Shown here: piece by piece, positions 39,009 to 48,445 of the stretch
Layout of the letters: each line of letters starts with the position of its first letter
Position numbering within the stretch: the first letter of the stretch is position 1
Source: an uncultured Acidimicrobiaceae bacterium
Lineage (GTDB): Bacteria; Actinomycetota; Acidimicrobiia; Acidimicrobiales; Bog-793
Assembly (NCBI GenBank): GCA_963761425.1
Contig: CAVXGQ010000004.1
Location: forward strand, 534,134-598,133
Direction: 5' to 3'
DNA: 64,000 bases
Notes under the pieces: generated by a model
Told to the model about the DNA's origin: nothing
Seen by the model: the letters and a program-made list of their open reading frames with translations, nothing else
The model's database searches: none
Translations under genes and position numbers: made by a program

Positions 39009-42000
39009 GACATCTTTGCCGTTGCCTGACTGCAAGAGGCTCGCTTCGAAGCGATGCTGAACAAACGCGACAGTTGGAGGTTGGCGACACGCTGATCGAG
39101 GTGCTCATTGCGCTCGTCGTGATTGGCGTGGCCGCGCTGTCCCTCCTCCTCGCCTTTTCCACGTCGCTCTGGGGCTCGTCCGACTACCGCAACGTCGCCA
39201 CCATCGACACCGTGCTGAGGACTGCCGCCGAAGAGACGACCAGCCTGCTCCAGCAGCAACCGGCCACCGCCTGGCAAGACTGCAGTGGCGCCTCCGACAT
39301 CAACAGCAGCAATCTTCTCCAACTCCCGAGCGGCTACACGGCGACAATCTCCGCCGAGTACTGGAACAGCACGCCTCCGCCACCGAGCTTCACCTCGACC
39401 TGCGTCCCCAACGCGACGCAACTCGACCTCATCACCGTGACCTATGCGGGGAAGACCTACCAGATCAGCGTCGTTGTCGACGATCCCCTGGCTCGCCCAG
39501 TGGCCCAAGCGGGTGCGTCTTACCAGCTCGTCTTCCTTTCCCAACCGAGCAGCGGTGTCAGCGCATCGGGTCTTTCGCCAACGCCGGTGGTCGCGGTCGA
39601 AGACGATAACGGCAACATCGTCACGACTGACCTGTCGACGGTCAGCCTCGCCATCACCCCGTCGACCAACCTGAGCGACGCGACGCTGTCGCCGAACTGC
39701 TCAGAGAACGAGTTCTACGGAGTGGTCACCTTCGCGAATTGCAGCATTGACAGGGCGGGAATCGGCTACACCCTCACCGCGAGCGATGGCAGTCTCGAGC
39801 CGGCTACGAGTGCTGCCTTCAACATCACACCCGGCCCAGCCAGCCAGCTCGCTTTCACGCCGACCCCGCCCGCCTCGGTCTTCGCCGGAGTCAAGTTCTC
39901 GGTCGTCGTGGCGGAGCAGGACGCCTACGGCAACACCGAGACGGGCGATTCCACCACGACGCTCACCCTTGCCGCTAGTGGCGGAGGATTTTCGTGCACG
40001 AGCCGGCTGACACAAGCAGTCACGGGCGGGGTTGCGACTTTCACCGGTTGTTCCTTCACGAGTGTGAGCACTACCGCTTACACCTTGACGGCCTCCTCCG
40101 GCACGCTGACCCCTGCGACAACTACCACCATGGTCGCGGCGAGCGCGGCCACCCAGCTCGTCTATCTCACCGGATCACAGACCTTCGTCGCGGGTACAGG
40201 GACTGCCGCTGGCTCCGGAGCGGTGATAGTTCAGCTGCAAGACGCCTATGGCAACCCGGTCAACGCTACCGCGGCCGTCGCACTCAGCTTCAGCGGGACT
40301 TCAGGAGTGACCTACATCCCGACGTTCGGGTCGACGACCGCTTGCACGTCCTCGACGTGCCGGATCCCGGCAGGTTCCTCGATCGGGACCTTCTATATGA
40401 CTGACAACGCGGCGAACGGTGCGTCAATCTCCGTCACTACGACCGCGAATGGCCTCAGCACCCCGGCGCAGTCGGAAACGGTCCTGCAGTCGAGCACCTT
40501 CAGCGGTTCGGTGGGGATCAGCTCTCAGAGTGGGGCACTGTCGCCCACCGGCACGGCGACGTACACGATCACCGTGCATAACACCGCCTCGAGCACCCGG
40601 TATATCGAGACGCTCATAAATGGCGTGCCCTCCAGTGCGACGAGCACGCTGGCGCCGACTTCGATCACGTGTGTGCAGATCGCGGGCGGCTCCAGCGCCA
40701 CATGGTCGTTGAGCGTGGTAACGAATGGGAAAACCCCGGCGGTTACCTCGAAGTTCTCGGTCGTCGCAGAAGGTTGGACCACCAGCGGCTGTTCTGGCAC
40801 GTTGGGCGAAGACACCGAGACTTCTGGGACGCTGACCATCACCCCCGGGTCCGAGCACGAGCTCGTGGTCACGACCCAGCCTGCTTCGTCGATCACCGCC
40901 GGCGGGACGGTTTCGCTAAGCGTGGCGGTCGAGGACCTATACGGCAACGTGTTGACCTCGGGCACCGGCTCGACCGACAGCATCCAGGTGGCTCTGTCCT
41001 CTGGCAGCTTCGTCGCTAGCACCACCACGGCGACCGCGTCCTCGGGCGTGGCCAGTTTCAGCGGCCTCGAGATCACCTCGACCGCCGGTTCGCCCTACAC
41101 GATCATTGTCAGTGACACGACTGACACCTCGGTCACCCCGGTGCCGACCAACTCCGTCACTGTCAACCCCGGTCCGGCGAGCCAGCTTGCCTTCACCCCG
41201 GCCACCCCCGGCCCCGGCATGGCGGGGAACCCCATCCCGAGCGTGGCGGTCTCGGCCGAGGACACCTACGGCAACGTGGCGACCTCGGCCAGCGGCTCGG
41301 TGGTCATGTCGATCGCCTCCGGCAGCCCGCAGTCCGGCTTCAACTCCGGGGCGACGACGGTCAGCCTGTCGAGCGGGGTGGCGAGCTTCACCAACCTGGT
41401 AGTCGACACCTCGGGGAGCTACACCTTTACCGCGAAGCCGAGCAGGATCAGCGGGGTGACCGCGGCGGTCAACTCCAACGCCTTCACCGTGAGCAGCTCG
41501 TCCACGGTGAACTCGTTGGCCATCACGACCATCCCGTCGGAGACCGCCGGGTCGGGCTTCACCGTCACGGCCACGGCGAAGGACGCCTTCGGCAACGTGG
41601 CGAACAACTCGGTGGACTCGGTGACCTTGAGCATCGTGTCGGGCAGCCCGCAGACGACGTTTTCCAACAACGGCTCGACCACCATGACGACGACGCTGTC
41701 CTCCGGTGTGGCCACCTTCCCGGCGGTGGCCTTCGACACCGCTGGCCCTAACTACACGCTGTCGGCTGAGGACACCTCGGCGAACGAAACGGCGCCCAAT
41801 TCCAACGCCTTCACCGTCCGCCCGGCGGCGGCCAGCCAGCTCGCCTTCACTACCCAGCCGGTGGGGGGCGTCACCGAGGGCACCAACTTCGGCACCTCGC
41901 CGGCCGTCTCGGTGGAGGACACCTACGGCAACGTGGTGACCACCGACACCGGCCACGTCACCCTGGCGACCTACTCGGGGCCGTCGGCGGCGGCCCTTAG

Positions 42001-45000
42001 CTGTTCGAACACCGGCTTCCCGACCATCTCGGCGGTGGCGGGGGTGGCCACCTTCACCAACTGCAAGATCACCGGGACGGCGGCGGCCGGGACCTACACC
42101 CTGAGCGCCAGCCGCACCGGCCTCACCCAGGCCGTCTCGGGCAACGTGGTGATCAACCCCGGTGCGGCCAGCCAGCTCGCCTTCACCCCGGCCACCCCCG
42201 GTCCGGGTGTGGCGGGGAGCGTGATCCCGAGCGTGGCGGTCTCGGCCGAGGACACCTACGGCAACGTGGCGACCTCGGCCAGCGGCTCGGTGGTCATGTC
42301 GATCGCCTCGACCGACCCGCAGACCAGCTTCACCTCCGGGACGACGACGGTCAGCCTGTCGAGCGGGGTGGCGAGCTTCACCAACCTGGTAGTCGACACC
42401 TCGGGGAGCTACACCTTTACCGCTACCCCGAGTGGGATCAGCGGGGTGACCGCGGCGGTCAACTCCAATGCCTTCACCGTCAGCGGATCGCCCACGGTGA
42501 ACTCGTTGGCCATCACGACCATCCCGTCGGAGACCGCCGGGTCGGGCTTCACCGTCACGGCCACGGCGAAGGACGCCTTCGGCAACGCGGCGCACAACTC
42601 GGTGGACTCGGTGACCTTGAGCATCGTGTCGGGCAGCCCGCAGACGACGTTTTCCAACAACGGCTCGACCACCATGACGACGACGCTGTCCTCCGGTGTG
42701 GCCACCTTCTCGGCGGTGGCCTTCGACACCGCCGGCTCCTACACGCTGTCGGCCAAGGACACCTCGGCGAGCGTGACGGCGCCCAACTCCAACGCCTTCA
42801 CCGTCCGCCCGGCGGTGGCGAGCCAGCTCGCCTTCACCACCCAGCCGGTGGGAGGCGTCACCGAGGGCACCAACTTCGGCACCTCGCCGGCCGTCTCGGT
42901 GGAGGACACCTACGGCAACGTGGTGACCACCGACACCGGCCACGTCACCCTGGCGAAGAGCACGGGGCCGGCGGCGGGGGCCCTTAGCTGTTCGAACACC
43001 GGCTTCCCGACCATCTCGGCGGTGGCGGGGGTGGCCACCTTCACCAACTGCCAGATCACCGGGACGGCGGCGGCCGGGACCTACACCCTGAGCGCCAGCC
43101 GCACTGGCCTCACCCAGGCCGTCTCGGGCAACGTGGTGATCAACCCCGGTGCGGCCAGCCAGCTCGCCTTCACCCCGGCCACCCCCGGTCCGGGTGTGGC
43201 GGGGAGCGTGATCCCGAGCGTGGCGGTCTCGGCCGAGGACACCTACGGCAACGTGGCGACCTCGGCCAGCGGCTCGGTGGTCATGTCGATCGCCTCCGGC
43301 AGCCCGCAGTCCGGCTTCAACTCCGGGGCGACGACGGTGGCCCTGGCTAGCGGGGTGGCGAGCTTCACCAACCTGGTAGTCGACACCTCGGGGAGCTACA
43401 CCTTTACCGCTACCCCGAGTGGGATCAGCGGGGTGACCGCGGCGGTCAACTCCAATGCCTTCACCGTCAGCGGATCGCCCACGGTGGCCTCGCTGGCCAT
43501 CACGACCATCCCGTCGGAGACCGCCGGGTCGGGCTTCACCGTCACGGCCACGGCGAAGGACGCCTTCGGCAACGCGGCGCACAACTCGGTGGACTCGGTG
43601 ACCTTGAGCATCGTGTCGGGCAGCCCGCAGACGACGTTTTCCAACAACGGCTCGACCACCATGACGACGACGCTGTCCTCCGGTGTGGCCACCTTCTCGG
43701 CGGTGGCCTTCGACACCGCCGGCTCCTACACGCTGTCGGCCAAGGACACCTCGGCGAGCGTGACGGCGCCCAACTCCAACGCCTTCACCGTCAGCCCGGC
43801 GGTGGCGAGCAAGCTCGCCTTCACCACCCAGCCGGTGGGAGGGGTCACCGAGGGCACCAACTTCGGCACCTCGCCGGCCGTCTCGGTGGAGGACACCTAC
43901 GGCAACGTGGTGACCACCGACACCGGCCACGTCACCCTGGCGAAGAGCACGGGGCCGGCGGCGGGGGCCCTTAGCTGTTCGAACACCGGCTTCCCGACCA
44001 TCTCGGCGGTGGCGGGGGTGGCCACCTTCACCAACTGCCAGATCACCGGGACGGCGGCGGCCGGGACCTACACCCTGAGCGCCAGCCGCACCGGCCTCAC
44101 CCAGGCCGTCTCGGGCAACGTGGTGATCAACCCCGGGGCGGCCAGCCAGCTCGCCTTCACCACCCAGCCGGTGGGAGGGGTCACCGAGGGCACCAACTTC
44201 GGCACCTCGCCGGCCGTCTCGGTGGAGGACACCTACGGCAACGTGGTGACCACCGACACCGGCCACGTCACCCTGGCGACCTACTCGGGGCCGTCGGCGG
44301 GGGCCCTTAGCTGTTCGAACACCGGCTTCCCGACCATCTCGGCGGTGGCGGGGGTGGCCACCTTCACCAACTGCCAGATCACCGGGACGGCGGCGGCCGG
44401 GACCTACACCCTGAGCGCCAGCCGCACCGGCCTCACCCAGGCCGTCTCGGGCAACGTGGTGATCAACCCCGGGGCGGCCAGCAAGCTCGCCTTCACCACC
44501 CAGCCGGTGGGAGGGGTCACCGAGGGCACCAACTTCGGCACCTCGCCGGCCGTCTCGGTGGAGGACACCTACGGCAACGTGGTGACCACCGACACCGGCC
44601 ACGTCACCCTGGCGAAGAGCACGGGGCCGGCGGCGGGGGCCCTTAGCTGTTCGAACACCGGCTTCCCGACCATCTCGGCGGTGGCGGGGGTGGCCACCTT
44701 CACCAACTGCCAGATCACCGGGACGGCGGCGGCCGGGACCTACACCCTGAGCGCCAGCCGCACCGGCCTCACCCAGGCCGTCTCGGGCAACGTGGTGATC
44801 AACGTCGGGGCGGCCAGCCAGCTCGCCTTCACCACCCAGCCGGTGGGAGGGGTCACCGAGGGCACCAACTTCGGCACCTCGCCGGCCGTCTCGGTGGAGG
44901 ACACCTACGGCAACGTGGTGACCACCGACACCGGCAACGTCACCCTGGCGTACTACTCGGGGCCGGCGGCGGGGGCCCTTAGCTGTTCGAACACCGGCTT

Positions 45001-46525
45001 CCCGACCATCTCGGCGGTGGCGGGGGTGGCCACCTTCACCAACTGCCAGATCACCGGGACGGCGGCGGCCGGGACCTACACCCTGAGCGCCAGCCGCACT
45101 GGCCTCACCCAGGCCGTCTCGGGCAACGTGGTGATCAACCCCGGGGCGGCCAGCAAGCTCGCCTTCACCACCCAGCCGGTGGGAGGGGTCACCGAGGGCA
45201 CCAACTTCGGCACCTCGCCGGCCGTCTCGGTGGAGGACACCTACGGCAACGTGGTGACCACCGACACCGGCCACGTCACCCTGGCGAAGAGCACGGGGCC
45301 GGCGGCGGGGGCCCTTAGCTGTTCGAACACCGGCTTCCCGACCATCTCGGCGGTGGCGGGGGTGGCCACCTTCACCAACTGCCAGATCACCGGGACGGCG
45401 GCGGCCGGGACCTACACCCTGAGCGCCAGCCGCACCGGCCTCACCCAGGCCGTCTCGGGCAACGTGGTGATCAACCCCGGGGCGGCCAGCCAGCTCGCCT
45501 TCACCACCCAGCCGGTGGGAGGGGTCACCGAGGGCACCAACTTCGGCACCTCGCCGGCCGTCTCGGTGGAGGACACCTACGGCAACGTGGTGACCACCGA
45601 CACCGGCCACGTCACCCTGGCGACCTACTCGGGGCCGTCGGCGGGGGCCCTTAGCTGTTCGAACACCGGCTTCCCGACCATCTCGGCGGTGGCGGGGGTG
45701 GCCACCTTCACCAACTGCCAGATCACCGGGACGGCGGCGGCCGGGACCTACACCCTGAGCGCCAGCCGCACCGGCCTCACCCAGGCCGTCTCGGGCAACG
45801 TGGTGATCAACCCCGGTGCGGCCAGCCAGCTCGCCTTCACCCAGTCGCCGGCGAACACGGGTGTTGGTGTGGCGTTCGCCACTCAACCCGCAGTGGCGGT
45901 GGAGGACAGCTACGGCAACGTGGTGACGACGAACACGTCAACGGTGACTCTCGCCATCACGGCGGGCACGCCCACTTCGGGTGGCCCAGGGACGCTGACG
46001 TGCACGGGCGGTCTGAGCAAGGGGGCGTCCGCTGGCATCGCCACCTTCGCGGGATGTTCGATCAGCACCGAGGGCGCTAATTACGAACTCCATGCCACGG
46101 ACGGGTCCCTGGTGGCTGCCAACAGCAGTGCCTTTAACGTGTTCAGCTCGGGCACGTACTCGGGGAGCAGCGGCACAAGCGATATTCCCAGTTCCGCCAC
46201 GTATTACGGGATCAACGCCTCTTCCGCCGGGTCGGGTACTTCCACGAACAACACCATCACGCCGGGTGTGGGCGAGACCCTGACCGGCCTGACGTTCACC
46301 ATCAATCGCACCAGCACGACGAGCCACACGGCCACGGTGGGGATCGTTACGAGCGGGGTCTGGGCTGCGACGGCGCTCACGTGCACTATTACCGGGGGTT
46401 CAGGCTTGACGAGCTGCACGATCACCGCCAACGTGAGCGTCTCGGCGACGCAGTCGATCAACATTCAAGCCGTAGGAAACGGGACCCGCACCGGAACGTG
46501 GACGACGACCTACACACAGCCGTAG
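39005..46525 (+). CDS. giant pilin-like surface protein: prepilin-type N-terminus + about 19 Ig-like domains + unique C-terminal domain (2,506 aa)
   Basis: N-terminus ...QLEVG DTLIEVLIALVVIGVAALSLLLAF (Gly-1, Glu+5, hydrophobic helix). An alternative TTG start at 39074 would give a 4-aa leader. There are 19 copies of the domain pattern [QKE]L[AV][FV]...P.V.V.D.[YFN]GN...G[VI]A[TS]F...Y.L[ST]A. No LPXTG motif. Confidence 0.85.
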   Translation: MRHLCRCLTARGSLRSDAEQTRQLEVGDTLIEVLIALVVIGVAALSLLLAFSTSLWGSSDYRNVATIDTVLRTAAEETTSLLQQQPATAWQDCSGASDINSSNLLQLPSGYTATISAEYWNSTPPPPSFTSTCVPNATQLDLITVTYAGKTYQISVVVDDPLARPVAQAGASYQLVFLSQPSSGVSASGLSPTPVVAVEDDNGNIVTTDLSTVSLAITPSTNLSDATLSPNCSENEFYGVVTFANCSIDRAGIGYTLTASDGSLEPATSAAFNITPGPASQLAFTPTPPASVFAGVKFSVVVAEQDAYGNTETGDSTTTLTLAASGGGFSCTSRLTQAVTGGVATFTGCSFTSVSTTAYTLTASSGTLTPATTTTMVAASAATQLVYLTGSQTFVAGTGTAAGSGAVIVQLQDAYGNPVNATAAVALSFSGTSGVTYIPTFGSTTACTSSTCRIPAGSSIGTFYMTDNAANGASISVTTTANGLSTPAQSETVLQSSTFSGSVGISSQSGALSPTGTATYTITVHNTASSTRYIETLINGVPSSATSTLAPTSITCVQIAGGSSATWSLSVVTNGKTPAVTSKFSVVAEGWTTSGCSGTLGEDTETSGTLTITPGSEHELVVTTQPASSITAGGTVSLSVAVEDLYGNVLTSGTGSTDSIQVALSSGSFVASTTTATASSGVASFSGLEITSTAGSPYTIIVSDTTDTSVTPVPTNSVTVNPGPASQLAFTPATPGPGMAGNPIPSVAVSAEDTYGNVATSASGSVVMSIASGSPQSGFNSGATTVSLSSGVASFTNLVVDTSGSYTFTAKPSRISGVTAAVNSNAFTVSSSSTVNSLAITTIPSETAGSGFTVTATAKDAFGNVANNSVDSVTLSIVSGSPQTTFSNNGSTTMTTTLSSGVATFPAVAFDTAGPNYTLSAEDTSANETAPNSNAFTVRPAAASQLAFTTQPVGGVTEGTNFGTSPAVSVEDTYGNVVTTDTGHVTLATYSGPSAAALSCSNTGFPTISAVAGVATFTNCKITGTAAAGTYTLSASRTGLTQAVSGNVVINPGAASQLAFTPATPGPGVAGSVIPSVAVSAEDTYGNVATSASGSVVMSIASTDPQTSFTSGTTTVSLSSGVASFTNLVVDTSGSYTFTATPSGISGVTAAVNSNAFTVSGSPTVNSLAITTIPSETAGSGFTVTATAKDAFGNAAHNSVDSVTLSIVSGSPQTTFSNNGSTTMTTTLSSGVATFSAVAFDTAGSYTLSAKDTSASVTAPNSNAFTVRPAVASQLAFTTQPVGGVTEGTNFGTSPAVSVEDTYGNVVTTDTGHVTLAKSTGPAAGALSCSNTGFPTISAVAGVATFTNCQITGTAAAGTYTLSASRTGLTQAVSGNVVINPGAASQLAFTPATPGPGVAGSVIPSVAVSAEDTYGNVATSASGSVVMSIASGSPQSGFNSGATTVALASGVASFTNLVVDTSGSYTFTATPSGISGVTAAVNSNAFTVSGSPTVASLAITTIPSETAGSGFTVTATAKDAFGNAAHNSVDSVTLSIVSGSPQTTFSNNGSTTMTTTLSSGVATFSAVAFDTAGSYTLSAKDTSASVTAPNSNAFTVSPAVASKLAFTTQPVGGVTEGTNFGTSPAVSVEDTYGNVVTTDTGHVTLAKSTGPAAGALSCSNTGFPTISAVAGVATFTNCQITGTAAAGTYTLSASRTGLTQAVSGNVVINPGAASQLAFTTQPVGGVTEGTNFGTSPAVSVEDTYGNVVTTDTGHVTLATYSGPSAGALSCSNTGFPTISAVAGVATFTNCQITGTAAAGTYTLSASRTGLTQAVSGNVVINPGAASKLAFTTQPVGGVTEGTNFGTSPAVSVEDTYGNVVTTDTGHVTLAKSTGPAAGALSCSNTGFPTISAVAGVATFTNCQITGTAAAGTYTLSASRTGLTQAVSGNVVINVGAASQLAFTTQPVGGVTEGTNFGTSPAVSVEDTYGNVVTTDTGNVTLAYYSGPAAGALSCSNTGFPTISAVAGVATFTNCQITGTAAAGTYTLSASRTGLTQAVSGNVVINPGAASKLAFTTQPVGGVTEGTNFGTSPAVSVEDTYGNVVTTDTGHVTLAKSTGPAAGALSCSNTGFPTISAVAGVATFTNCQITGTAAAGTYTLSASRTGLTQAVSGNVVINPGAASQLAFTTQPVGGVTEGTNFGTSPAVSVEDTYGNVVTTDTGHVTLATYSGPSAGALSCSNTGFPTISAVAGVATFTNCQITGTAAAGTYTLSASRTGLTQAVSGNVVINPGAASQLAFTQSPANTGVGVAFATQPAVAVEDSYGNVVTTNTSTVTLAITAGTPTSGGPGTLTCTGGLSKGASAGIATFAGCSISTEGANYELHATDGSLVAANSSAFNVFSSGTYSGSSGTSDIPSSATYYGINASSAGSGTSTNNTITPGVGETLTGLTFTINRTSTTSHTATVGIVTSGVWAATALTCTITGGSGLTSCTITANVSVSATQSINIQAVGNGTRTGTWTTTYTQP
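41182..45825 (+). repeat. in-frame near-identical tandem array: three ~990-nt three-domain units followed by five 336-nt single-domain units
   Basis: The landmark CCAGCT(C/T)GCCTTCACC recurs at 41182, 42172, 43159 and 44146 (periods 990, 987, 987). Within 44138-45818 the repeat start recurs every 336 nt (44138, 44474, 44810, 45146, 45482, 45818). Copies differ at only a few positions by eye. Confidence 0.9.
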
Positions 46526-46604
46526 CCGGGGTACTGAAAGATGAGCAGAAGATAGTCATGGCCGAAACGTTGGTTGTGGAGGTCTTGGAGGCGCGAAAGG
46601 CGAT

Positions 46605-48221
46605 TTGGTGACGGAGAGTCCAAGAACAGGGTTCCACATCGCTGGACTTCGCACGGGACGCGCAGTTCGGCCCGGACGCGGTGGAGAACACGACGAACCG
46701 GGTGCGATCCTGGTTCTGGCGCTTGTCTTCCTGCTGGTGGGAACCGTTGTTGTCGGTGCGCTGGTGAGCGCGCTGACGAATGACCTCAACAACTCGAACA
46801 CCTTCCAGTCGGTCCGGTCTCTCCAGTACGCGGCCCGGAGCGCGACCGATTTCGCGATCCAGAGCATCCGCTACACCCCGTTGCTGTCGACGTCCCAGAC
46901 ACTGAACGCCAGCCCGCCGAACTACTGCTGGGGGAGCGGTCCGGTCTCCACGTTCCAGACGATTGACGGCGTATCTGGGATGACGGTGTGGTGCAGCACG
47001 GTTTGGAACCCGACGAGTGCTGAGACCCGGGTCGTGACCTTCTCGACCTGCCTACTGCCCAGCAACCTGGCGAGCTACCAGGACGCTGCCGCTCAGTGCG
47101 AGCAGAATCCGTTCCTCCAGGCTGTGGTCACCTTTGATGACTACCCTCCGGGCATCAGCGCGCCGACGACCGCGGAGTGCGTGGTGTACTGCGGCGCGAG
47201 CATGGCCGTGAACAGCTGGGTGTGGTCGCCGGTGGTCCCGATCGTCACGGGGATCAGCCCCGGTTCTGGTCCGATCACCGGTAGCACGCCTAGCACGCCG
47301 TTGACCATCACCATCACGGGGACTGGGTTTGTGGCCGGAGCCGCCGTCAACTTTATCGAGGAATCTGGCGGTGTCCCGGCCAGCGACAACGTGGTGTTGT
47401 CGGTGCCTGCCGCGAACGTGACGGTGAACGGACCTGGTTCGATCGCGGTCCTCGCACCGGCGGCAACCGAGGGGTCCACTTACTACGTCACCGTGACGAC
47501 ATCGACGGGAACCAGCGCCTACAGCACCAACGACGTGTTCACGTATTCCCCTGTCGCCCCGACCGTCGCGGGGATCAGTCCTAATTCGGGATTGATCGGC
47601 GGGGGCAACGCGGTGACCATCACGGGAACCGGGTTCTTGAACGACGCGACCGTCAATTTCATCGAGGAGTCGGGCGGCTACCCGGTCTTGCCGACGGTGA
47701 GCGTTCCGGCCACCTACGTGTCGGTGACCAGTTCGACTTCTATCACCACAGTCTCGCCGCCCGTATCCGCCACGGGAACCTATTTCGTCACCGTCACGAC
47801 CTCGGATGGCACCTACACGCCGACCCCGGGAACGGTCTGCCCGTCTCCGCTGCTGGCGGGCACGCAGTGTGACACCTTCTCGTATGGGACGTTGACCCCG
47901 ACCATCTCCTCCATCACTCCGCTGTCTGGCTCGGTGCATGGCGGCACGGCGGTGACGGTCACTGGGGTCGGATTCGTGTCTGGGAACACCGTCACCTTTG
48001 TTAAGTTCTCCGGCCTGGATTCGAACGGCAACCCCATCACGACCGGTTATTCAGCCAATGCGTCTTCCGTAACGGTGAACGAATCAGGCGTCACGGGCAC
48101 TTCGACGATGACCGTCGTCTCGCCGGCGGTGAGCTCTTCGGGGACGTACTACATCGACGTCACGACGTCGCAGGGCACCAGCCTCTACAGCGGTGCCCCT
48201 GATGTCTTCACTTATTCGTAG
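46605..48221 (+). CDS. pilus-associated protein: PilX_N/TadG-like N-terminal hydrophobic segment + three IPT/TIG domains
   Basis: The N-terminus ...EHDEPGAILVLALVFLLVGTVVVGALVSAL resembles PilX_N/TadG-type anchors. It carries three repeats of the pattern P.(V/I).(G/S)I(S/T)P.SG...GG..VTITGTGF......V.F.........V.V.S...I....P......TYYV.V.T..G.S.....D.F(T/S)Y, which is IPT/TIG-like. Confidence 0.7.
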   Translation: MVTESPRTGFHIAGLRTGRAVRPGRGGEHDEPGAILVLALVFLLVGTVVVGALVSALTNDLNNSNTFQSVRSLQYAARSATDFAIQSIRYTPLLSTSQTLNASPPNYCWGSGPVSTFQTIDGVSGMTVWCSTVWNPTSAETRVVTFSTCLLPSNLASYQDAAAQCEQNPFLQAVVTFDDYPPGISAPTTAECVVYCGASMAVNSWVWSPVVPIVTGISPGSGPITGSTPSTPLTITITGTGFVAGAAVNFIEESGGVPASDNVVLSVPAANVTVNGPGSIAVLAPAATEGSTYYVTVTTSTGTSAYSTNDVFTYSPVAPTVAGISPNSGLIGGGNAVTITGTGFLNDATVNFIEESGGYPVLPTVSVPATYVSVTSSTSITTVSPPVSATGTYFVTVTTSDGTYTPTPGTVCPSPLLAGTQCDTFSYGTLTPTISSITPLSGSVHGGTAVTVTGVGFVSGNTVTFVKFSGLDSNGNPITTGYSANASSVTVNESGVTGTSTMTVVSPAVSSSGTYYIDVTTSQGTSLYSGAPDVFTYS

Positions 48222-48445
48222 CACCCTTTTCGCGGACGGGTAGTCGCCTCATCCGCGGACCATTGCCGGGAAGGCATCCCCGCAGGCGGTGATGGTCACA
48301 CTGGACCTCAATTACTCCTTCGGAGCCAGTTCGGAGCGCGCCCGGGCTGGTCGGGAGCCTCCGAGGATGCGAGGTCGGTGATCGCGCCGTTGGCTGGCGA
48401 TCGGAAGTTCAAGTAGTCGTCGTGCCGCAGAGGCGGAGGCGCCGC

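Noticed and set aside
41182-45825. Whether the regular repeats could be a CRISPR array or a non-coding satellite.
   Set aside because: The units are 336 or ~990 nt with no short repeat/spacer alternation. They are in frame within one long ORF and translate to Ig-like domains.
40937-45886. 1,649-aa ORF on the minus strand, antisense to the giant gene.
   Set aside because: The translation is a monotonous Arg/Gly/His/Asp-rich repeat. It stays open only because the sense strand is a G+C-rich in-frame tandem array. The sense frame has the domain structure and pilin N-terminus, so this is a shadow ORF.
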